Source: a bacterium
GTDB taxonomy: Bacteria; UBA8248
DNA: 64,000 nucleotides
Reading direction: 5' to 3'
NCBI GenBank assembly: GCA_963692865.2
Contig: OY843592.1
Span: 1,408,001 to 1,472,000, forward strand
A program made the translations under genes and the position numbers. The notes beneath the pieces were generated by a model. That model was not told where the DNA came from. It did not search any database and saw nothing but the letters and a program-made list of their open reading frames with translations. Shown here in pieces: positions 13,674 through 24,834 of the stretch; the stretch's first letter is position 1; every line of letters starts with the position of its first letter.

Positions 13674-13952
13674 ATGACCGGGGAGAATAAACTCATGGTG
13701 GAGATATTTGGCCAGTCCCTGAACCTGAGAAGTTCGGCCAATGCCGAATATACGTTGCAACTCGCCGAATATGTGGATTCTCAAATTCACAAGGTCTCGC
13801 GTCAGTCGAACGATCCGATCAAGGTCGTTCTTCTGGCGTCGATGAACATCGCCAATGAGTTGTTCGAAGAGAAAAGAGCGAAGGAAAAAAGTGAGGAAGC
13901 CCTCTCACAACGCGCCGATTCTCTTTTGGAGATGGTGAAAAGAGCGGACTGA
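13674..13952 (+). CDS. zapA: Cell division protein ZapA
   Basis: VEIFGQSLNL; LAEYVD; LASMNIANEL; AAGGAG RBS. Confidence 0.9.
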   Translation: MTGENKLMVEIFGQSLNLRSSANAEYTLQLAEYVDSQIHKVSRQSNDPIKVVLLASMNIANELFEEKRAKEKSEEALSQRADSLLEMVKRAD

Positions 13953-14028
13953 ACCGAAATTTCTCTCCATGCGGCAGTTTCTCCTGGTATTCATGCCCTG
14001 ATTTTAGTGTCATAATGCGTCTTTGGCT

Positions 14029-14208
14029 TGACCCTGCCGTGTTCGTGATGGGGTAAAGCATTTTGACCCAGTACGAATGTAACGGGAGTCCTGCCCCGCG
14101 GTGGTGAGCTATTCCTCTCGGGGAGTTCGGCCTAAAGCCGCGGATATGGACGCCCACCTGGCGAAAGCTGGGTTCAAAGCGAACCTCACACGGCACAAGG
14201 CGGGGTCA
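14029..14208 (+). ncRNA. ssrS: 6S RNA
   Basis: About 180-nt rod closed by TGACCCTGCC/GGCGGGGTCA and CCGTG/CACGG; canonical position between zapA and the formyl-THF cyclo-ligase; CATAAT -10 just upstream. Confidence 0.88.
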
Positions 14209-14286
14209 TTACTGAAGTGGACCTCGGGCTGCGGACGGGAGTGTTCCTCGCGGCGGCGACCCGAGTGTGGCGTTGAAAGAGAGCGC

Positions 14287-14904
14287 ATGGCCGAATCGGA
14301 GATGGAGAAACGCGAAGTTCGGCTGAAGATGAAGGAGATGAGAGAACGATTTCCCCCTGCCGAGGCCGGCGTGTTGAGCCGCTTGGCGGGAAGGCGCCTG
14401 GATTCTTTTCTGGTTCTCATGGGCGCGCGCAGGGTGGGAATATATGCGGCGGTTCGCGGCGAGATGGATCTCTCGTCGCTCTGGAGTGAAGGTAGCGATG
14501 CGAAAAGGACATATTACTTCCCCCGGGTGGGGAAAGAGGTTTTGCATTTCTGTCCGGTGAATCATCCTGAGACGGAGCTTCGGCCTGGCGCGCTTCGAAT
14601 TCCGGAACCTGTTCGCGATATTCCAACCATTGATGTGAATGCGCTCGACGTGGTCGTCGTCCCCGGCCTTGCGTTCGATCCGTATGGCGGTCGGCTGGGA
14701 ATCGGCGGGGGATTTTACGATCGCACTTTTCAGGCCCGCCGCGGCGGCCCGGATGGGTCCGGGCCCCTGCTGGTGGGCGCCGGTTATGCGTTTCAGTTGC
14801 TCGTCGGCGAATTCTGGGGGCGGGATGTCTGGGATGTCGACGTTGATTGGGTGATAACCGATCGGGGGGCGCTGCGATGCCTCTCACGTGAATATATGCC
14901 CTAG
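14287..14904 (+). CDS. 5-formyltetrahydrofolate cyclo-ligase
   Basis: IPEP; DVVVVPGLAFD; RLGIGGGFYDR; downstream of 6S RNA. Confidence 0.92.
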   Translation: MAESEMEKREVRLKMKEMRERFPPAEAGVLSRLAGRRLDSFLVLMGARRVGIYAAVRGEMDLSSLWSEGSDAKRTYYFPRVGKEVLHFCPVNHPETELRPGALRIPEPVRDIPTIDVNALDVVVVPGLAFDPYGGRLGIGGGFYDRTFQARRGGPDGSGPLLVGAGYAFQLLVGEFWGRDVWDVDVDWVITDRGALRCLSREYMP

Positions 14905-14913
14905 GAGGCGGAT

Positions 14914-16497
14914 ATGGATAACGTGGTTTTGTTGCAGGCAGTCGTTGTCGCCGTCGCCGTCGTTTGCGTGGCGGTGTTGTTCGTCATGCGGGCGATGAAG
15001 CGTCGGCATGAAGAGACGGTGGCCCGCCTGGAGGCGGAAGCCGAGGACCGGGTTCGGCAGGTCAACGAGAGCGCAACCAAGGAACTGTCCCAGAAGATTC
15101 AGGAGTCGCAGGTCGCGCACAAAGCGGAGTTGCTGCAGGAAAGGGAGCGCATCGAGCGGGAGAACAAATCCCGCGTGGATGAACTCCAAAAGCTCGAACA
15201 AAGGGTGAACCAGCGCGAAGAGATACTGGACAGGCGCCGCGAGAGCCTCGACGGCAAGGAAGCGGCCGTCGAGCGCCGCGACGCCGAATTGAGCGAAAAG
15301 GAACGGGAACTGAAGCGCGAGGAGGCGCGCTATAAACAACTCCAGGAAGAGGAGATCAGAAAACTCGAGGAAATTTCCGGCCTCAGCGTCGAGAGCGCGA
15401 AAAAAGAACTCATGGATCGTTTCATGGAGGAGGCGAAACAGGACATCGCCGCCGAGGTGCAGCGCCTCGAGCGCCGGGCCAGGAATACCGTGGAAGCCGA
15501 TGCGAAACAGGCGCTCGCCCTGGCCGTGGAGCGCTTCTCTTCCGAACATGTGGCGGAAAACCTGGTGAGCGTGGTGGATTTGCCGACCGATGAGATGAAG
15601 GGCCGCATCATCGGCCGCGAGGGCAGGAACATCCGGGCTCTCGAAATGGCGACCGGCGTGGACGTGATCATCGACGATACGCCCGAGGCCGTCGTCGTCT
15701 CGGGCTTCGACAAGGTGCGCCGCGAGACGGCGCGTCTGGCGCTCGAGGCGCTCGTGCAGGACGGGCGGATCCACCCGGGCAGAATCGAGGACATCGTCAA
15801 CAAGACGAAAAAAGACCTCGACTCCCAGATACGCCGGGCGGGTGAAGAGACCGTCATGGAACTCGGGGTGGGCGACGTGCATCCCGAACTCGTGAACATG
15901 CTGGGCCGCCTCAAATACCGCACGAGTTACAGCCAGAACGCGCTCATGCACTCCAGGGAGGTGGCCTATCTCGCCGGGATGCTGGCGGATGAGTTGCGCA
16001 TCGACCCCACGATGGCGAAGCGCGCCGGCTTGTTTCACGACATCGGCAAGGCGGCGACGCACGAGGTCGAGGGCTCCCACGTCCAGATAGGCTACGACAT
16101 CGCCAAGCGCTACAACGAACCCCCCGAGGTCTTGAACGCCATCGTCTCCCACCATGAGGACGAGGAGGCGAACTGCATCGAATCCGTCCTGGTGAAGGCG
16201 GCCGATACGCTCTCAGCCGCCCGGCCGGGGGCGAGGCGCGAGATGGTGGAGAGCTACATCAAGCGCCTGGAGGCGCTCGAGAAGATCGCCGAATCGTTCA
16301 ATGGCGTGGAGAAGTGCTTCGCCATCCAGGCGGGCCGGGAGATTCGCGTGTCGGTCCTGCCCGATGAGGTCACCGACTCGCAGGCCACCTTCCTGGCGCG
16401 GGACATCGCCAAGAGAATCGAGAGCGAACGCACGTATCCGGGCGAAATCCTCGTCACCGTCATTCGCGAAACCCGCCACGTGGCCACTGCGCGTTGA
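14914..16497 (+). CDS. rny: Ribonuclease Y
   Basis: N-terminal TM, coiled coil, KH domain ([13 protein letters not shown]), HD domain (FHDIGK). Confidence 0.97.
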   Translation: MDNVVLLQAVVVAVAVVCVAVLFVMRAMKRRHEETVARLEAEAEDRVRQVNESATKELSQKIQESQVAHKAELLQERERIERENKSRVDELQKLEQRVNQREEILDRRRESLDGKEAAVERRDAELSEKERELKREEARYKQLQEEEIRKLEEISGLSVESAKKELMDRFMEEAKQDIAAEVQRLERRARNTVEADAKQALALAVERFSSEHVAENLVSVVDLPTDEMKGRIIGREGRNIRALEMATGVDVIIDDTPEAVVVSGFDKVRRETARLALEALVQDGRIHPGRIEDIVNKTKKDLDSQIRRAGEETVMELGVGDVHPELVNMLGRLKYRTSYSQNALMHSREVAYLAGMLADELRIDPTMAKRAGLFHDIGKAATHEVEGSHVQIGYDIAKRYNEPPEVLNAIVSHHEDEEANCIESVLVKAADTLSAARPGARREMVESYIKRLEALEKIAESFNGVEKCFAIQAGREIRVSVLPDEVTDSQATFLARDIAKRIESERTYPGEILVTVIRETRHVATAR

Positions 16498-17291
16498 GGT
16501 CGTCTTTGAGGCTGCTCTTCATCGGAGACATCACGGGAAAAGTGGGCCGCCGGATGGCCTGCGCCCATCTGGGCGCGCTCAAGGAAAAACACGGGGTGGA
16601 CGTGTGCGTCATCAACGGGGAGAACGCGGCCGGCGGCTTCGGGATCAACAACGCGCACGTCGACGAGTTGCTCGATGCGGGAGTGGACGTCATCACCTCG
16701 GGGAACCACATCTGGAACCGCAAGGAGACGGCCGATTTCATTTTGCGCGAACCCCGCCTGCTCAGGCCCGGGAACTACCCTCCCCGAACGCCGGGGAAGG
16801 GCGTCTTCGTCCTGGAATGCGAAAAAGGCCGCCTCGCCGTCTTGAACCTCATGGGCCGCGTCTTCATGCCGCCCATCGAGTGTCCTTTCCGGGAAGCCGA
16901 TGAACTCGTGAGGACAGTGGGCCATGATACGAAAATGATCATGGTCGATTTTCACGCGGAGGCCACGAGCGAGAAGGTGGCGATGGGCTGGCACCTCGAC
17001 GGGCGAGTGAGCGCCGTCTTCGGTACGCACACCCACATTCAGACGGCGGACGAGCGGGTGCTGCCCAAGGGTACGGCCTTCATTACGGACGTCGGCATGA
17101 CGGGGCCGCGCAACTCCATCATCGGCATGAAAACCGAGATTGTTCTGGATAAATTTATCTCGGGGCTCCCACGCCGCTTCGAAGTGGCCGGAGGCGAGGG
17201 GCAACTGAGCGGCGCGCTCGTCGAGATAGCCCCCGATTCCGGAAAGGCGCTTTCCATCGAGCGCGTCCAGGTGCTGGAGGGGGAGCTCTAG
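16494..17291 (+). CDS. ymdB: YmdB/TIGR00282 family metallophosphoesterase
   Basis: FIGDI; NGENAAGG; TSGNH; [10 protein letters not shown]; GTHTH; directly after rny. Confidence 0.93.
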   Translation: MRSSLRLLFIGDITGKVGRRMACAHLGALKEKHGVDVCVINGENAAGGFGINNAHVDELLDAGVDVITSGNHIWNRKETADFILREPRLLRPGNYPPRTPGKGVFVLECEKGRLAVLNLMGRVFMPPIECPFREADELVRTVGHDTKMIMVDFHAEATSEKVAMGWHLDGRVSAVFGTHTHIQTADERVLPKGTAFITDVGMTGPRNSIIGMKTEIVLDKFISGLPRRFEVAGGEGQLSGALVEIAPDSGKALSIERVQVLEGEL

Positions 17292-17328
17292 CGAGCCGCC
17301 TGCTTTCGCTTCGCTCTTGAGAAGGCTT

Positions 17329-17934
17329 TCAATGTCCGTTCCTATGGGCGGACTTCTCGTAGTCGGTGATGGCGAATTTCGAGGGCTTGTCTTTTCTGAG
17401 AAACGCGAGCAATCGTTTCAGGCGCCATTCGAGAGAGCGCGACTCCAGGAAGGCCTGTTTTTCCCGAAGCGGCAGCCTGAGAACTTCGGCGACGGCGAAA
17501 GAGAGACGGAACGGGTCTTCCAGCAATTCCTCGGGCAGGTTCAAGGGCGCCGAATCGCTTTTTTCGAGAGCGTCCCACACCATTCGGCATAATTCCGTGG
17601 GGTCGTCTCCTTCTTCATCGTGAAAATCGCTTGCCTCCCCCTCGAAGAAGGGCCGGCTGTCATAGATTCGGAAAACCTCGAAGCGCTGCTCGCCCAGGGT
17701 CAGGATGTTCATCCTGCCGTCGGGAAATTTTTCGATCACCTGGGTGATGCGGGCCGCGCAGCCGATTTTATGGATACCGCTTTTCTCCACCAGAACGACT
17801 CCAAAGGGTGCGTCGTCCTCGATGCACTCGCCGATCATGATCTTATAGCGTTCCTCGAAAATGTGCAGGGGCAGTCGCTGACTCGGCAAGAGTACGACTT
17901 GAAGCGGGAACAGGGGCAGGCGATAGGTAGTCAT
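17329..17934 (-). CDS. LON peptidase substrate-binding domain protein
   Basis: LPLFPL; LPLHIFEERY; no AAA+ or protease domain. Confidence 0.88.
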   Translation of the reverse strand: MTTYRLPLFPLQVVLLPSQRLPLHIFEERYKIMIGECIEDDAPFGVVLVEKSGIHKIGCAARITQVIEKFPDGRMNILTLGEQRFEVFRIYDSRPFFEGEASDFHDEEGDDPTELCRMVWDALEKSDSAPLNLPEELLEDPFRLSFAVAEVLRLPLREKQAFLESRSLEWRLKRLLAFLRKDKPSKFAITDYEKSAHRNGH

Positions 17935-18130
17935 GAAAAAAGTGTAACTTGAATCGCCCGATTTTGAAATTCACGCGAAGTTTCGGGAGGCCGGCGCCCG
18001 GAGTGGCGCATATCGCTCCCGGACTGGAACCTTCACCTCAAGCTGGCCTGATTGTGCGCGATTATGGTATTTTCTCTCCATCGGGACAGGAGCGTCTTTC
18101 AGTCTTTGGGTTTTGCGGAGGTTTCCCACG

Positions 18131-19759
18131 ATGAGCGAGCCGAGCATCGCTATGGCCCAAAGGGCGTGGAGCGAGCCTGGGGAGGAAGGCGGTAGAGCCA
18201 CCCTGTCGGGCATCACGCTTCCGGCGTTTTTCGGCCCCGGAGAGGTGGATTTGGAAAACTCCGACGAGAAGCCGGGGGCGCATCCCTACACGCGCGGCAT
18301 CTACGCGAACATGTACCGGGGCAAGCTCTGGACGATGCGCCAATACGCCGGTTTCGGCAGCGCGCGGGAGAGCAACCAACGCTACCGTTACCTCCTCGAT
18401 CACGGGCAGATGGGGATTTCCGTGGCGTTCGATCTGCCCACCCAGATCGGCTATGACCCGGGTCATCCTCTGGTATTTGGTGAAGTGGGCCGCGTGGGGG
18501 TGTCCATCGCCTCCATCGAGGACATGGAAGTTCTGCTCGATGACATCCCCCTGGACAAGATTTCCACGTCTATGACCATCAACGCCACCGCCCCCATCCT
18601 GCTGGCCCTCTACGTCGCGGTGGCGGAGAAGCGCGGCATTTCCTCCGAAGCCCTCAGGGGAACCGTGCAGAACGACATCTTGAAGGAATACATCTCGCGC
18701 GGAACCTACATTTATCCGCCCGAGGCGAGCTTGCGTCTCATCACCGACACCATGGAGTTCTGCAAGGACAGGGTGCCGAAGTGGAACGCCATATCGATCA
18801 GCGGCTACCACATCCGCGAGGCGGGATCGACCGCGGTTCAAGAGGTCGCCTTCACGCTGGCGAACGCCATTACCTACGTGGAGTCCGCGGTGGACGCGGG
18901 GCTGAACGTGGATGAACTCGGCTCGCAGATATCGTTTTTCTTCAACGTCCACAATCATTTTCTGGAGGAGATCGCAAAATTCCGCGCCGCGCGCAGGCTT
19001 TGGGCGCGAATCATGCGCGAGCGGTTCGGGGCGCGCACGGAGAAGGCCTGCATGCTGCGGTTTCATTCCCAGACCGCCGGCAGCGCGCTGACGGCCCAGC
19101 AGCCGAAGAACAACGTCGTGCGCGTCGCGCTTCAGGCGATGGCCGCCGTGCTCGGAGGCACGCAGTCGCTTCACACGAATTCGATGGACGAAGCCCTCTC
19201 CCTGCCCACGGAGGACGCGGCGAGGCTCGCCCTCAGAACCCAGCAGATAATCGCCGAGGAGTCGAACGTGCCGAACGTGGCGGACCCGTGCGGCGGGGCG
19301 TACGCCATCGAGGCGCTCACTTCGGAGATCGTCTCTCGTGCGGAGGAGATGATCCGGCAAATCGACGAATCCGGCGGCATGCTCCACGCCATCGAAACGG
19401 GATGGGTGCAGCGCCAGATTCAGGAGAGCGCCTATACCTACCAACGTCTCGTCGATGAGGGGGAGATGGTCGTCGTCGGCGTGAACCGGTATCAACAGGA
19501 AGAAGAGTCGCCCATCTCGACGCTCCAGATTCGCCCGGAAGTCGAAGAAGAGCAAAGGGAGCGCGTCGCCTCGCTCCGGAGGAGGCGCGACGCCGCGCGC
19601 ACGAGCGATGCGCTCGACGCTTTGAGCCACGCGGCCAGGGGTGATGACAATCTTCTGCCCTACATTCTGAGGGCGGTGAAGGCCGAGGCCACCGTCGGGG
19701 AGATCGCGGACGCCATGCGCGAGGTTTTCGGCCTCTATCAGCAAGACGTCGCCATCTGA
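18131..19759 (+). CDS. Methylmalonyl-CoA mutase, substrate-binding (large) subunit
   Basis: PYTRG; WTMRQYAGF; AFDLPTQ; QNDILKEY; [12 protein letters not shown]; no B12 domain. Confidence 0.93.
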   Translation: MSEPSIAMAQRAWSEPGEEGGRATLSGITLPAFFGPGEVDLENSDEKPGAHPYTRGIYANMYRGKLWTMRQYAGFGSARESNQRYRYLLDHGQMGISVAFDLPTQIGYDPGHPLVFGEVGRVGVSIASIEDMEVLLDDIPLDKISTSMTINATAPILLALYVAVAEKRGISSEALRGTVQNDILKEYISRGTYIYPPEASLRLITDTMEFCKDRVPKWNAISISGYHIREAGSTAVQEVAFTLANAITYVESAVDAGLNVDELGSQISFFFNVHNHFLEEIAKFRAARRLWARIMRERFGARTEKACMLRFHSQTAGSALTAQQPKNNVVRVALQAMAAVLGGTQSLHTNSMDEALSLPTEDAARLALRTQQIIAEESNVPNVADPCGGAYAIEALTSEIVSRAEEMIRQIDESGGMLHAIETGWVQRQIQESAYTYQRLVDEGEMVVVGVNRYQQEEESPISTLQIRPEVEEEQRERVASLRRRRDAARTSDALDALSHAARGDDNLLPYILRAVKAEATVGEIADAMREVFGLYQQDVAI

Positions 19760-19827
19760 AGCGAAGCGGCGCCTCACCCGCCGCAGTGATTTTCAAGTCC
19801 AAGAGCGACATTTGGAGAAATCAGCCT

Positions 19828-22473
19828 ATGAAGGGCAATGAGGTCCGCCAGAAATTTCTCGAATTCTTCGCCGACGAGGCCCACAGGATCGTCCGCAGTT
19901 CCAGCCTGGTGCCCATGAACGACCCCACCTTGTTGTTCACCAATGCAGGCATGGTCCAGTTCAAGGACGTGTTCACGGGCTTGGAGAAGCGCGACTACTC
20001 CCGGGCGGTGACCTCCCAGAAATGCCTCAGGGTGAGCGGCAAGCACAACGACCTTGAAAACGTTGGCCGAACGGCCCGGCATCACACGTTTTTCGAGATG
20101 TTGGGCAACTTTTCGTTCGGCCAGTATTTCAAGGAAAAGGCGATCGAATTCGGCTGGGAGTTTTTGGTGAGCCGCGTGGGTCTCGACGGAGATCGCATGT
20201 GGATCACCGTTTTCAGGGAGGACGACGAGGCGGCGGAGCTTTGGCAGCGGCTGGTCGGCGTTCCGCCCGAGCGCATCGTCCGCATGGACGAGAAGGACAA
20301 CTTCTGGGCGATGGGGGACACCGGCCCCTGCGGCCCCTGCTCCGAGCTCATCTACGATCAGGGAGATCACATCGTCGGCGCGCCGCCGGGCAGCGGACAC
20401 GCAGATGAGGACGGAGACCGCTACCTCGAACTTTGGAACTTGGTGTTCATGCAGTTCAACCGGGAGGCTTCGGGCAAGATGGAGCCGCTGCCCAAGCCAT
20501 CCGTCGACACGGGAATGGGGCTCGAGCGCCTCGCGGCGGTGGTGCAGAAAGAAGACAGCAACTACCACACCGATCTTTTGATGCCGCTCATCCATTCGGT
20601 CGAGGAACGCTGCGGCAAGGAGTACACCGGCGGCGACGCGCCGAACGACGTTTCTTTCCGCGTCATCGCGGACCACGTTCGCGCGGTCAGCTTCCTCGTG
20701 GCGGACGGCGTTCTTCCAAGCAACGAGGGCCGCGGCTACGTGCTGAGGCGCGTGGCGAGACGGGCCTTGCGCCACGGCAGGATGCTGGGCATCGAGGGGC
20801 CGTTCCTGCATCAGACGGCGGGCGTGGTGGCCGACATGATGGGAGACGCCTTTCCCGAACTGAGCGAGGGTCTGAGCTACATCTCTCGCGTCACGCTGGC
20901 CGAAGAGGAGAGGTTCGCCAACACCCTGGCGCAGGGCCAGCCGCGTATGGACGCGCTTGCCGAGGAGGTGAAGTCATCGGGCGGCGTCACTATTCCGGGC
21001 GGGGAGGTGTTCACCCTGCTCGATACCTACGGCTACCCTTCGGATCTGGCGGTGGAGACGGCCGCGTTCCATGGCCTCGAAATAGATCAGGGCGGTTTCG
21101 ACGAGGCGATGGAGCAGCAGCGAGAGCGCGCCCGCGCCCATTGGAAGGGTTCGGGCGAGGCCGCCGTCGATGAAATCTGGCATCGGGTGCGCGACGAGGC
21201 GGGCGCGACGGAGTTCACCGGCTATCAGAACGATGAGCAGGAAGCCTGCGCGCGCGCCATCATCGTGGACGGCGCGCCTTGCGATGAAGCCGGCCCCGGC
21301 GAGGAGGCGCGCGTCGTGCTCGACAAGACGCCGTTCTACGGCGAGGCGGGCGGTCAGGAAGGGGACAGGGGCGGTTTCTCATGGCCCGATGGCGCCGCCG
21401 TCGTACTCGATACGCAAAAACCGCTTCCCGACGTGTACGTCCATCACGTCAAGGTGACGGAAGGAGCCCTCGATAAGGGACAAACCCTTACTGCTCGAAT
21501 CGACGCGGAAAGGCGCGACCTCCTGAGGCTCAACCACTCGGCCACCCACCTGCTGCAATACGCGCTTCGCCAGGTTCTGGGCGATCACGTGAAACAGGCG
21601 GGCTCCCACCTCTCGCCCGAGAGGCTGCGGTTCGACTACACCCACTTCGCGGCGATGACGACTCGCGAGCGCGAAAGGGTGGAAGATATCGTGAACGAGC
21701 GCATTCGCGAGAACGCGAGCGTGGAGACGCGCCACATGTCGATTGACGACGCGCTGGCCGCAGGGGCGACGGCGCTCTTCGGCGAGCGTTACGGCGAGGA
21801 CGTGCGGGTCGTCTCCGTGGGTGATTTCAGCATGGAGCTTTGCGGGGGCACGCACGCGCGCGCCGCGGGAGACATCGGGTTTTTCCGCATCCTGCACGAG
21901 GGCAGCGTGGCTTCGGGCGTACGGCGCATCGAAGCCCTGACGGGAGAGGGCGCGCTTCTTCAAGCTCGCAAAGAGCAACACGCGCTCTCGGAGATCGGGG
22001 AACTCACCCGGGCGGCGCCGTTGGAAGAAGCCGAGCGGGTGAGGCGACTGCTCGACCGCGTGAAGACGCTCGAGCGTGAACTCAAGGATTCGCGCGAGAG
22101 GCAATCGCGCGACGAGATGGGCGATCTGGCTTCGGAGGCCCGGGAGGTTTCGGGCGTCAAACTGATCGCCGTGCGGCGCGACGGCCTTCAGGCGGGCGAT
22201 TTGCGCGGCATCGTCGACGCGGCGAAGGGCAAGCTGAAAAGCGGCGTCGCGGTAGTCGCCGCCGTGACGGACGGGAAGGTCGCCATCGCCGCGGGCGTAA
22301 CGAAAGACCTCACGACTCGCATCCATGCCGGGAACCTGGTGAAGGAGGTGGCCTCGCTCGTCGGGGGCAGGGGCGGCGGCCGGCCGGACTTCGCCCAGGC
22401 GGGCGGCAAGGACGTCGAAAAAGTGGATGACGCTCTCGCTGCGGTTCCTGAGTTAATCGAGAAAATGACATAA
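19828..22473 (+). CDS. alaS: Alanine--tRNA ligase
   Basis: LLFTNAGM; HHTFFEMLGNFSFG; NHSATH; ELCGGTH; GGGRPDFAQAGG. Confidence 0.98.
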   Translation: MKGNEVRQKFLEFFADEAHRIVRSSSLVPMNDPTLLFTNAGMVQFKDVFTGLEKRDYSRAVTSQKCLRVSGKHNDLENVGRTARHHTFFEMLGNFSFGQYFKEKAIEFGWEFLVSRVGLDGDRMWITVFREDDEAAELWQRLVGVPPERIVRMDEKDNFWAMGDTGPCGPCSELIYDQGDHIVGAPPGSGHADEDGDRYLELWNLVFMQFNREASGKMEPLPKPSVDTGMGLERLAAVVQKEDSNYHTDLLMPLIHSVEERCGKEYTGGDAPNDVSFRVIADHVRAVSFLVADGVLPSNEGRGYVLRRVARRALRHGRMLGIEGPFLHQTAGVVADMMGDAFPELSEGLSYISRVTLAEEERFANTLAQGQPRMDALAEEVKSSGGVTIPGGEVFTLLDTYGYPSDLAVETAAFHGLEIDQGGFDEAMEQQRERARAHWKGSGEAAVDEIWHRVRDEAGATEFTGYQNDEQEACARAIIVDGAPCDEAGPGEEARVVLDKTPFYGEAGGQEGDRGGFSWPDGAAVVLDTQKPLPDVYVHHVKVTEGALDKGQTLTARIDAERRDLLRLNHSATHLLQYALRQVLGDHVKQAGSHLSPERLRFDYTHFAAMTTRERERVEDIVNERIRENASVETRHMSIDDALAAGATALFGERYGEDVRVVSVGDFSMELCGGTHARAAGDIGFFRILHEGSVASGVRRIEALTGEGALLQARKEQHALSEIGELTRAAPLEEAERVRRLLDRVKTLERELKDSRERQSRDEMGDLASEAREVSGVKLIAVRRDGLQAGDLRGIVDAAKGKLKSGVAVVAAVTDGKVAIAAGVTKDLTTRIHAGNLVKEVASLVGGRGGGRPDFAQAGGKDVEKVDDALAAVPELIEKMT

Positions 22474-22519
22474 CCGCCGCACATCCGCGCCCGGGTCAGG
22501 CGGGCTGATTGCAGCATTC

Positions 22520-23722
22520 TTGTTTCGGAGAACGTTTTTGACGGATACGGCCGTGGCGGGCGCGGTTCCAGAGCGCCTCAAGAAAAGAAGAATTTCTCTG
22601 CTCATCGTAGCTCACGTCGCGAACGACAGCTATTTCGGTTTCCTCCCCCCGCTGCTTCCCCTCATCGTGGAGCGTCTCGATCTGCCCTTGAGTCTGGCGG
22701 GCCTTCTGGCCACCACGCTTTCCATCACGGGCGCCGTGGGCCAGCCCCTTTTCGGCTACTTCGCCGACAGGATCAAGAAAGGGTGGCTGCTGGCGCTCGG
22801 GCCGCTGGGCGGCGCGCTGTTGGCGTTCATGCTCTACATGCCGAATTTCTGGATACTCATGCTGCTCATGCTGATCGCGGGCTCGGGTTCCGCCTGTTTC
22901 CATCCCGTCGCCTCGGTCATCGCCGGCCAGTCGGCGGGCGCGAGAAAAGGCTTCGGCATGTCGCTCTACATCGCGGGCGGCCGTCTGGGCGTGGGACTGG
23001 GTTCGGGCATGGCGACCTTCATCGTAACGAGGTGGGGCATCGACGCCATTCCCTACGCGAGCCTCGTCGGCATCGTCGTCGGACTCCCCCTGTTCTTCAT
23101 CTCTCCGCCCATCCGGGACGTGGGGCGCACCACCGAACCGCAGAGTTTCATGCGGACGATTCAGATGCTCAGGCTCGTGTTCCGGCCGCTGTTTCTGCTT
23201 TGGCTCGTGAACTTGTGCCGCACGACGGTGACGATGACGGTGCAGGTCTTCTTGCCGATATACATCATCGCCAAGGGCGGTTCGCTGGCCGCGGGCGGAA
23301 CGGCCATCACCCTGTTTCTGGTCGCCGCGGCGGTGGGCGGCATCTACGGCGGGTATCTCTCCGACATCTTCGGCAGGCGGATCGTGACAATCATGGCCAT
23401 CTGCGTGGGCACGCCGGCATTGGGTCTGGTCTTTTTGTTCGACGAGCCTTGGCGCACGATCTTCGTCATGCTCTCGGGCGCGGCCTTCTACGCGCAGATG
23501 GGGGTTTCCGTGACGTACGCGCAGGAGATCGCCCCCGAGCACGCCGCCCTGGTGAGCAGCTTCATGCTCGGCGTGGTCTGGTTCGTGGCGAGCATCGGGA
23601 TGATCGCCGTAGGCGGTCTGGCCGACTACATCGGCGTGGAAACGGCCCTGCCGCTGGTCTGCATGGCGTTCGGCGTGGTGGGCTCGTTCATCTCCCTCGG
23701 ACTGCCGAAAGAGACTGCGTAG
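22520..23722 (+). CDS. MFS transporter (Fsr-like)
   Basis: About 12 hydrophobic segments; QPLFGYFADR; FHP; GGYLSDIFGRR. Confidence 0.88.
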   Translation: MFRRTFLTDTAVAGAVPERLKKRRISLLIVAHVANDSYFGFLPPLLPLIVERLDLPLSLAGLLATTLSITGAVGQPLFGYFADRIKKGWLLALGPLGGALLAFMLYMPNFWILMLLMLIAGSGSACFHPVASVIAGQSAGARKGFGMSLYIAGGRLGVGLGSGMATFIVTRWGIDAIPYASLVGIVVGLPLFFISPPIRDVGRTTEPQSFMRTIQMLRLVFRPLFLLWLVNLCRTTVTMTVQVFLPIYIIAKGGSLAAGGTAITLFLVAAAVGGIYGGYLSDIFGRRIVTIMAICVGTPALGLVFLFDEPWRTIFVMLSGAAFYAQMGVSVTYAQEIAPEHAALVSSFMLGVVWFVASIGMIAVGGLADYIGVETALPLVCMAFGVVGSFISLGLPKETA

Positions 23723-23726
23723 AAAC

Positions 23727-24119
23727 ATGTCGAAAAAATTCAAACCCCTGGCCGTGGAGCGTGAGATAGCCGAAGAAATGGCCTCCACGCTCGGTCGTAT
23801 CGGCAGCGGATTCTCCAAGCGCCATAAAATGGCGTGGGCGGCCTTTCGCGCCTGGGAGAAGAGGGGAGAACGCAGCGCCACAATCAGGAAAAGGCTCGAG
23901 GACGCGCTCCACCAAGCGATGGACGAGGCGGAGCGCTATCGCTATTTTCTCATCGTACAGAGAGAGGCGATGGGGCTTCGAAACCACGCGGAGGTAAACC
24001 GCAAATACCCGCTGCCCCGCGTGCCGGGCAGGCCGCCCGCTGCGGGAGACCCCACTAGCCCTCGTCTCGCTTGGCCCGGAGGATTTTCACGAGGTTGGCG
24101 TAGGAAGTTCTCTGGATGA
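23727..24119 (+). CDS. Hypothetical helical protein (DUF6665-like)
   Basis: EIAEEMASTLGR and IVQREAMGLRNH motifs; 3' end overlaps the convergent mlaC by 65 bp. Confidence 0.65.
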   Translation: MSKKFKPLAVEREIAEEMASTLGRIGSGFSKRHKMAWAAFRAWEKRGERSATIRKRLEDALHQAMDEAERYRYFLIVQREAMGLRNHAEVNRKYPLPRVPGRPPAAGDPTSPRLAWPGGFSRGWRRKFSG

Positions 24120-24660
24120 TGGAGCGGAACTGGTCGCGGTAGTTTTTTACGAGGCTCACGCCCTCCACCACAACGTCATAGACGCGCCATTCACCCCCCA
24201 CTCTGTGCAGGCGGTAGAAGATGTCGACCTCTTTCTTGTCCGTCGTGATGATGACGGTATCGACCTTGGCGAATTCCGCGTCGCTGGTCTCTTTGCCGAA
24301 AACAACTTTCTCGTCGGTGTAGCTTTCCAATGTGCCGGCGTAGTTGCGTTCCATGAAGTAACTGAAAAGCTCGATGAATTCGGTCTTCTCCTTCGGCGTA
24401 CGTTTTCTCCACGCCCTCGCGAGGCTTCTTCGGGACATTTCCTCGAAATCGAAATACCGGTGGATGACCTTGCGCATCCGGTTTCTGCGCTCCGCCTTTT
24501 TCTCGGGGGCTTTTAAATCGGGTTGGCGAAGGATATCCAATACCCCGTGTATCCCCGTCCGCACCACTTCGGACGGCTCTCCCGCTTGAGCGAGCGGCGC
24601 GAGAAGCGCACAGGCGAACATTGCGGCAAAGAGTAGCGGCAAACGCTTTTTCAACAACAT
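24055..24660 (-). CDS. mlaC: MlaC/Ttg2D phospholipid shuttle protein
   Basis: Signal peptide; FDFEEMSRRSL; WRVYDVVVEGVSLVKNYRDQF. Confidence 0.93.
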   Translation of the reverse strand: MLLKKRLPLLFAAMFACALLAPLAQAGEPSEVVRTGIHGVLDILRQPDLKAPEKKAERRNRMRKVIHRYFDFEEMSRRSLARAWRKRTPKEKTEFIELFSYFMERNYAGTLESYTDEKVVFGKETSDAEFAKVDTVIITTDKKEVDIFYRLHRVGGEWRVYDVVVEGVSLVKNYRDQFRSIIQRTSYANLVKILRAKRDEG

Positions 24661-24834
24661 GGGCTATCCTCGTGGGGGAATGACTGCATTCGGAAATGGC
24701 GGCAAAACTTGGATGATGTGGTGATAGTTATATATTTTCCGGTTCTCTCGATTCTGAGTCCGCTGGCGCGAAGCACTCATTGACGAACAGATTATCGGTC
24801 ATCTTCTTGCGTTGTTTCAGGCGGCGATGCTCCT

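Noticed and set aside
14101-14286. N-terminal extension of the cyclo-ligase
   Set aside because: It overlaps the 6S RNA; the start at 14287 fits the family.
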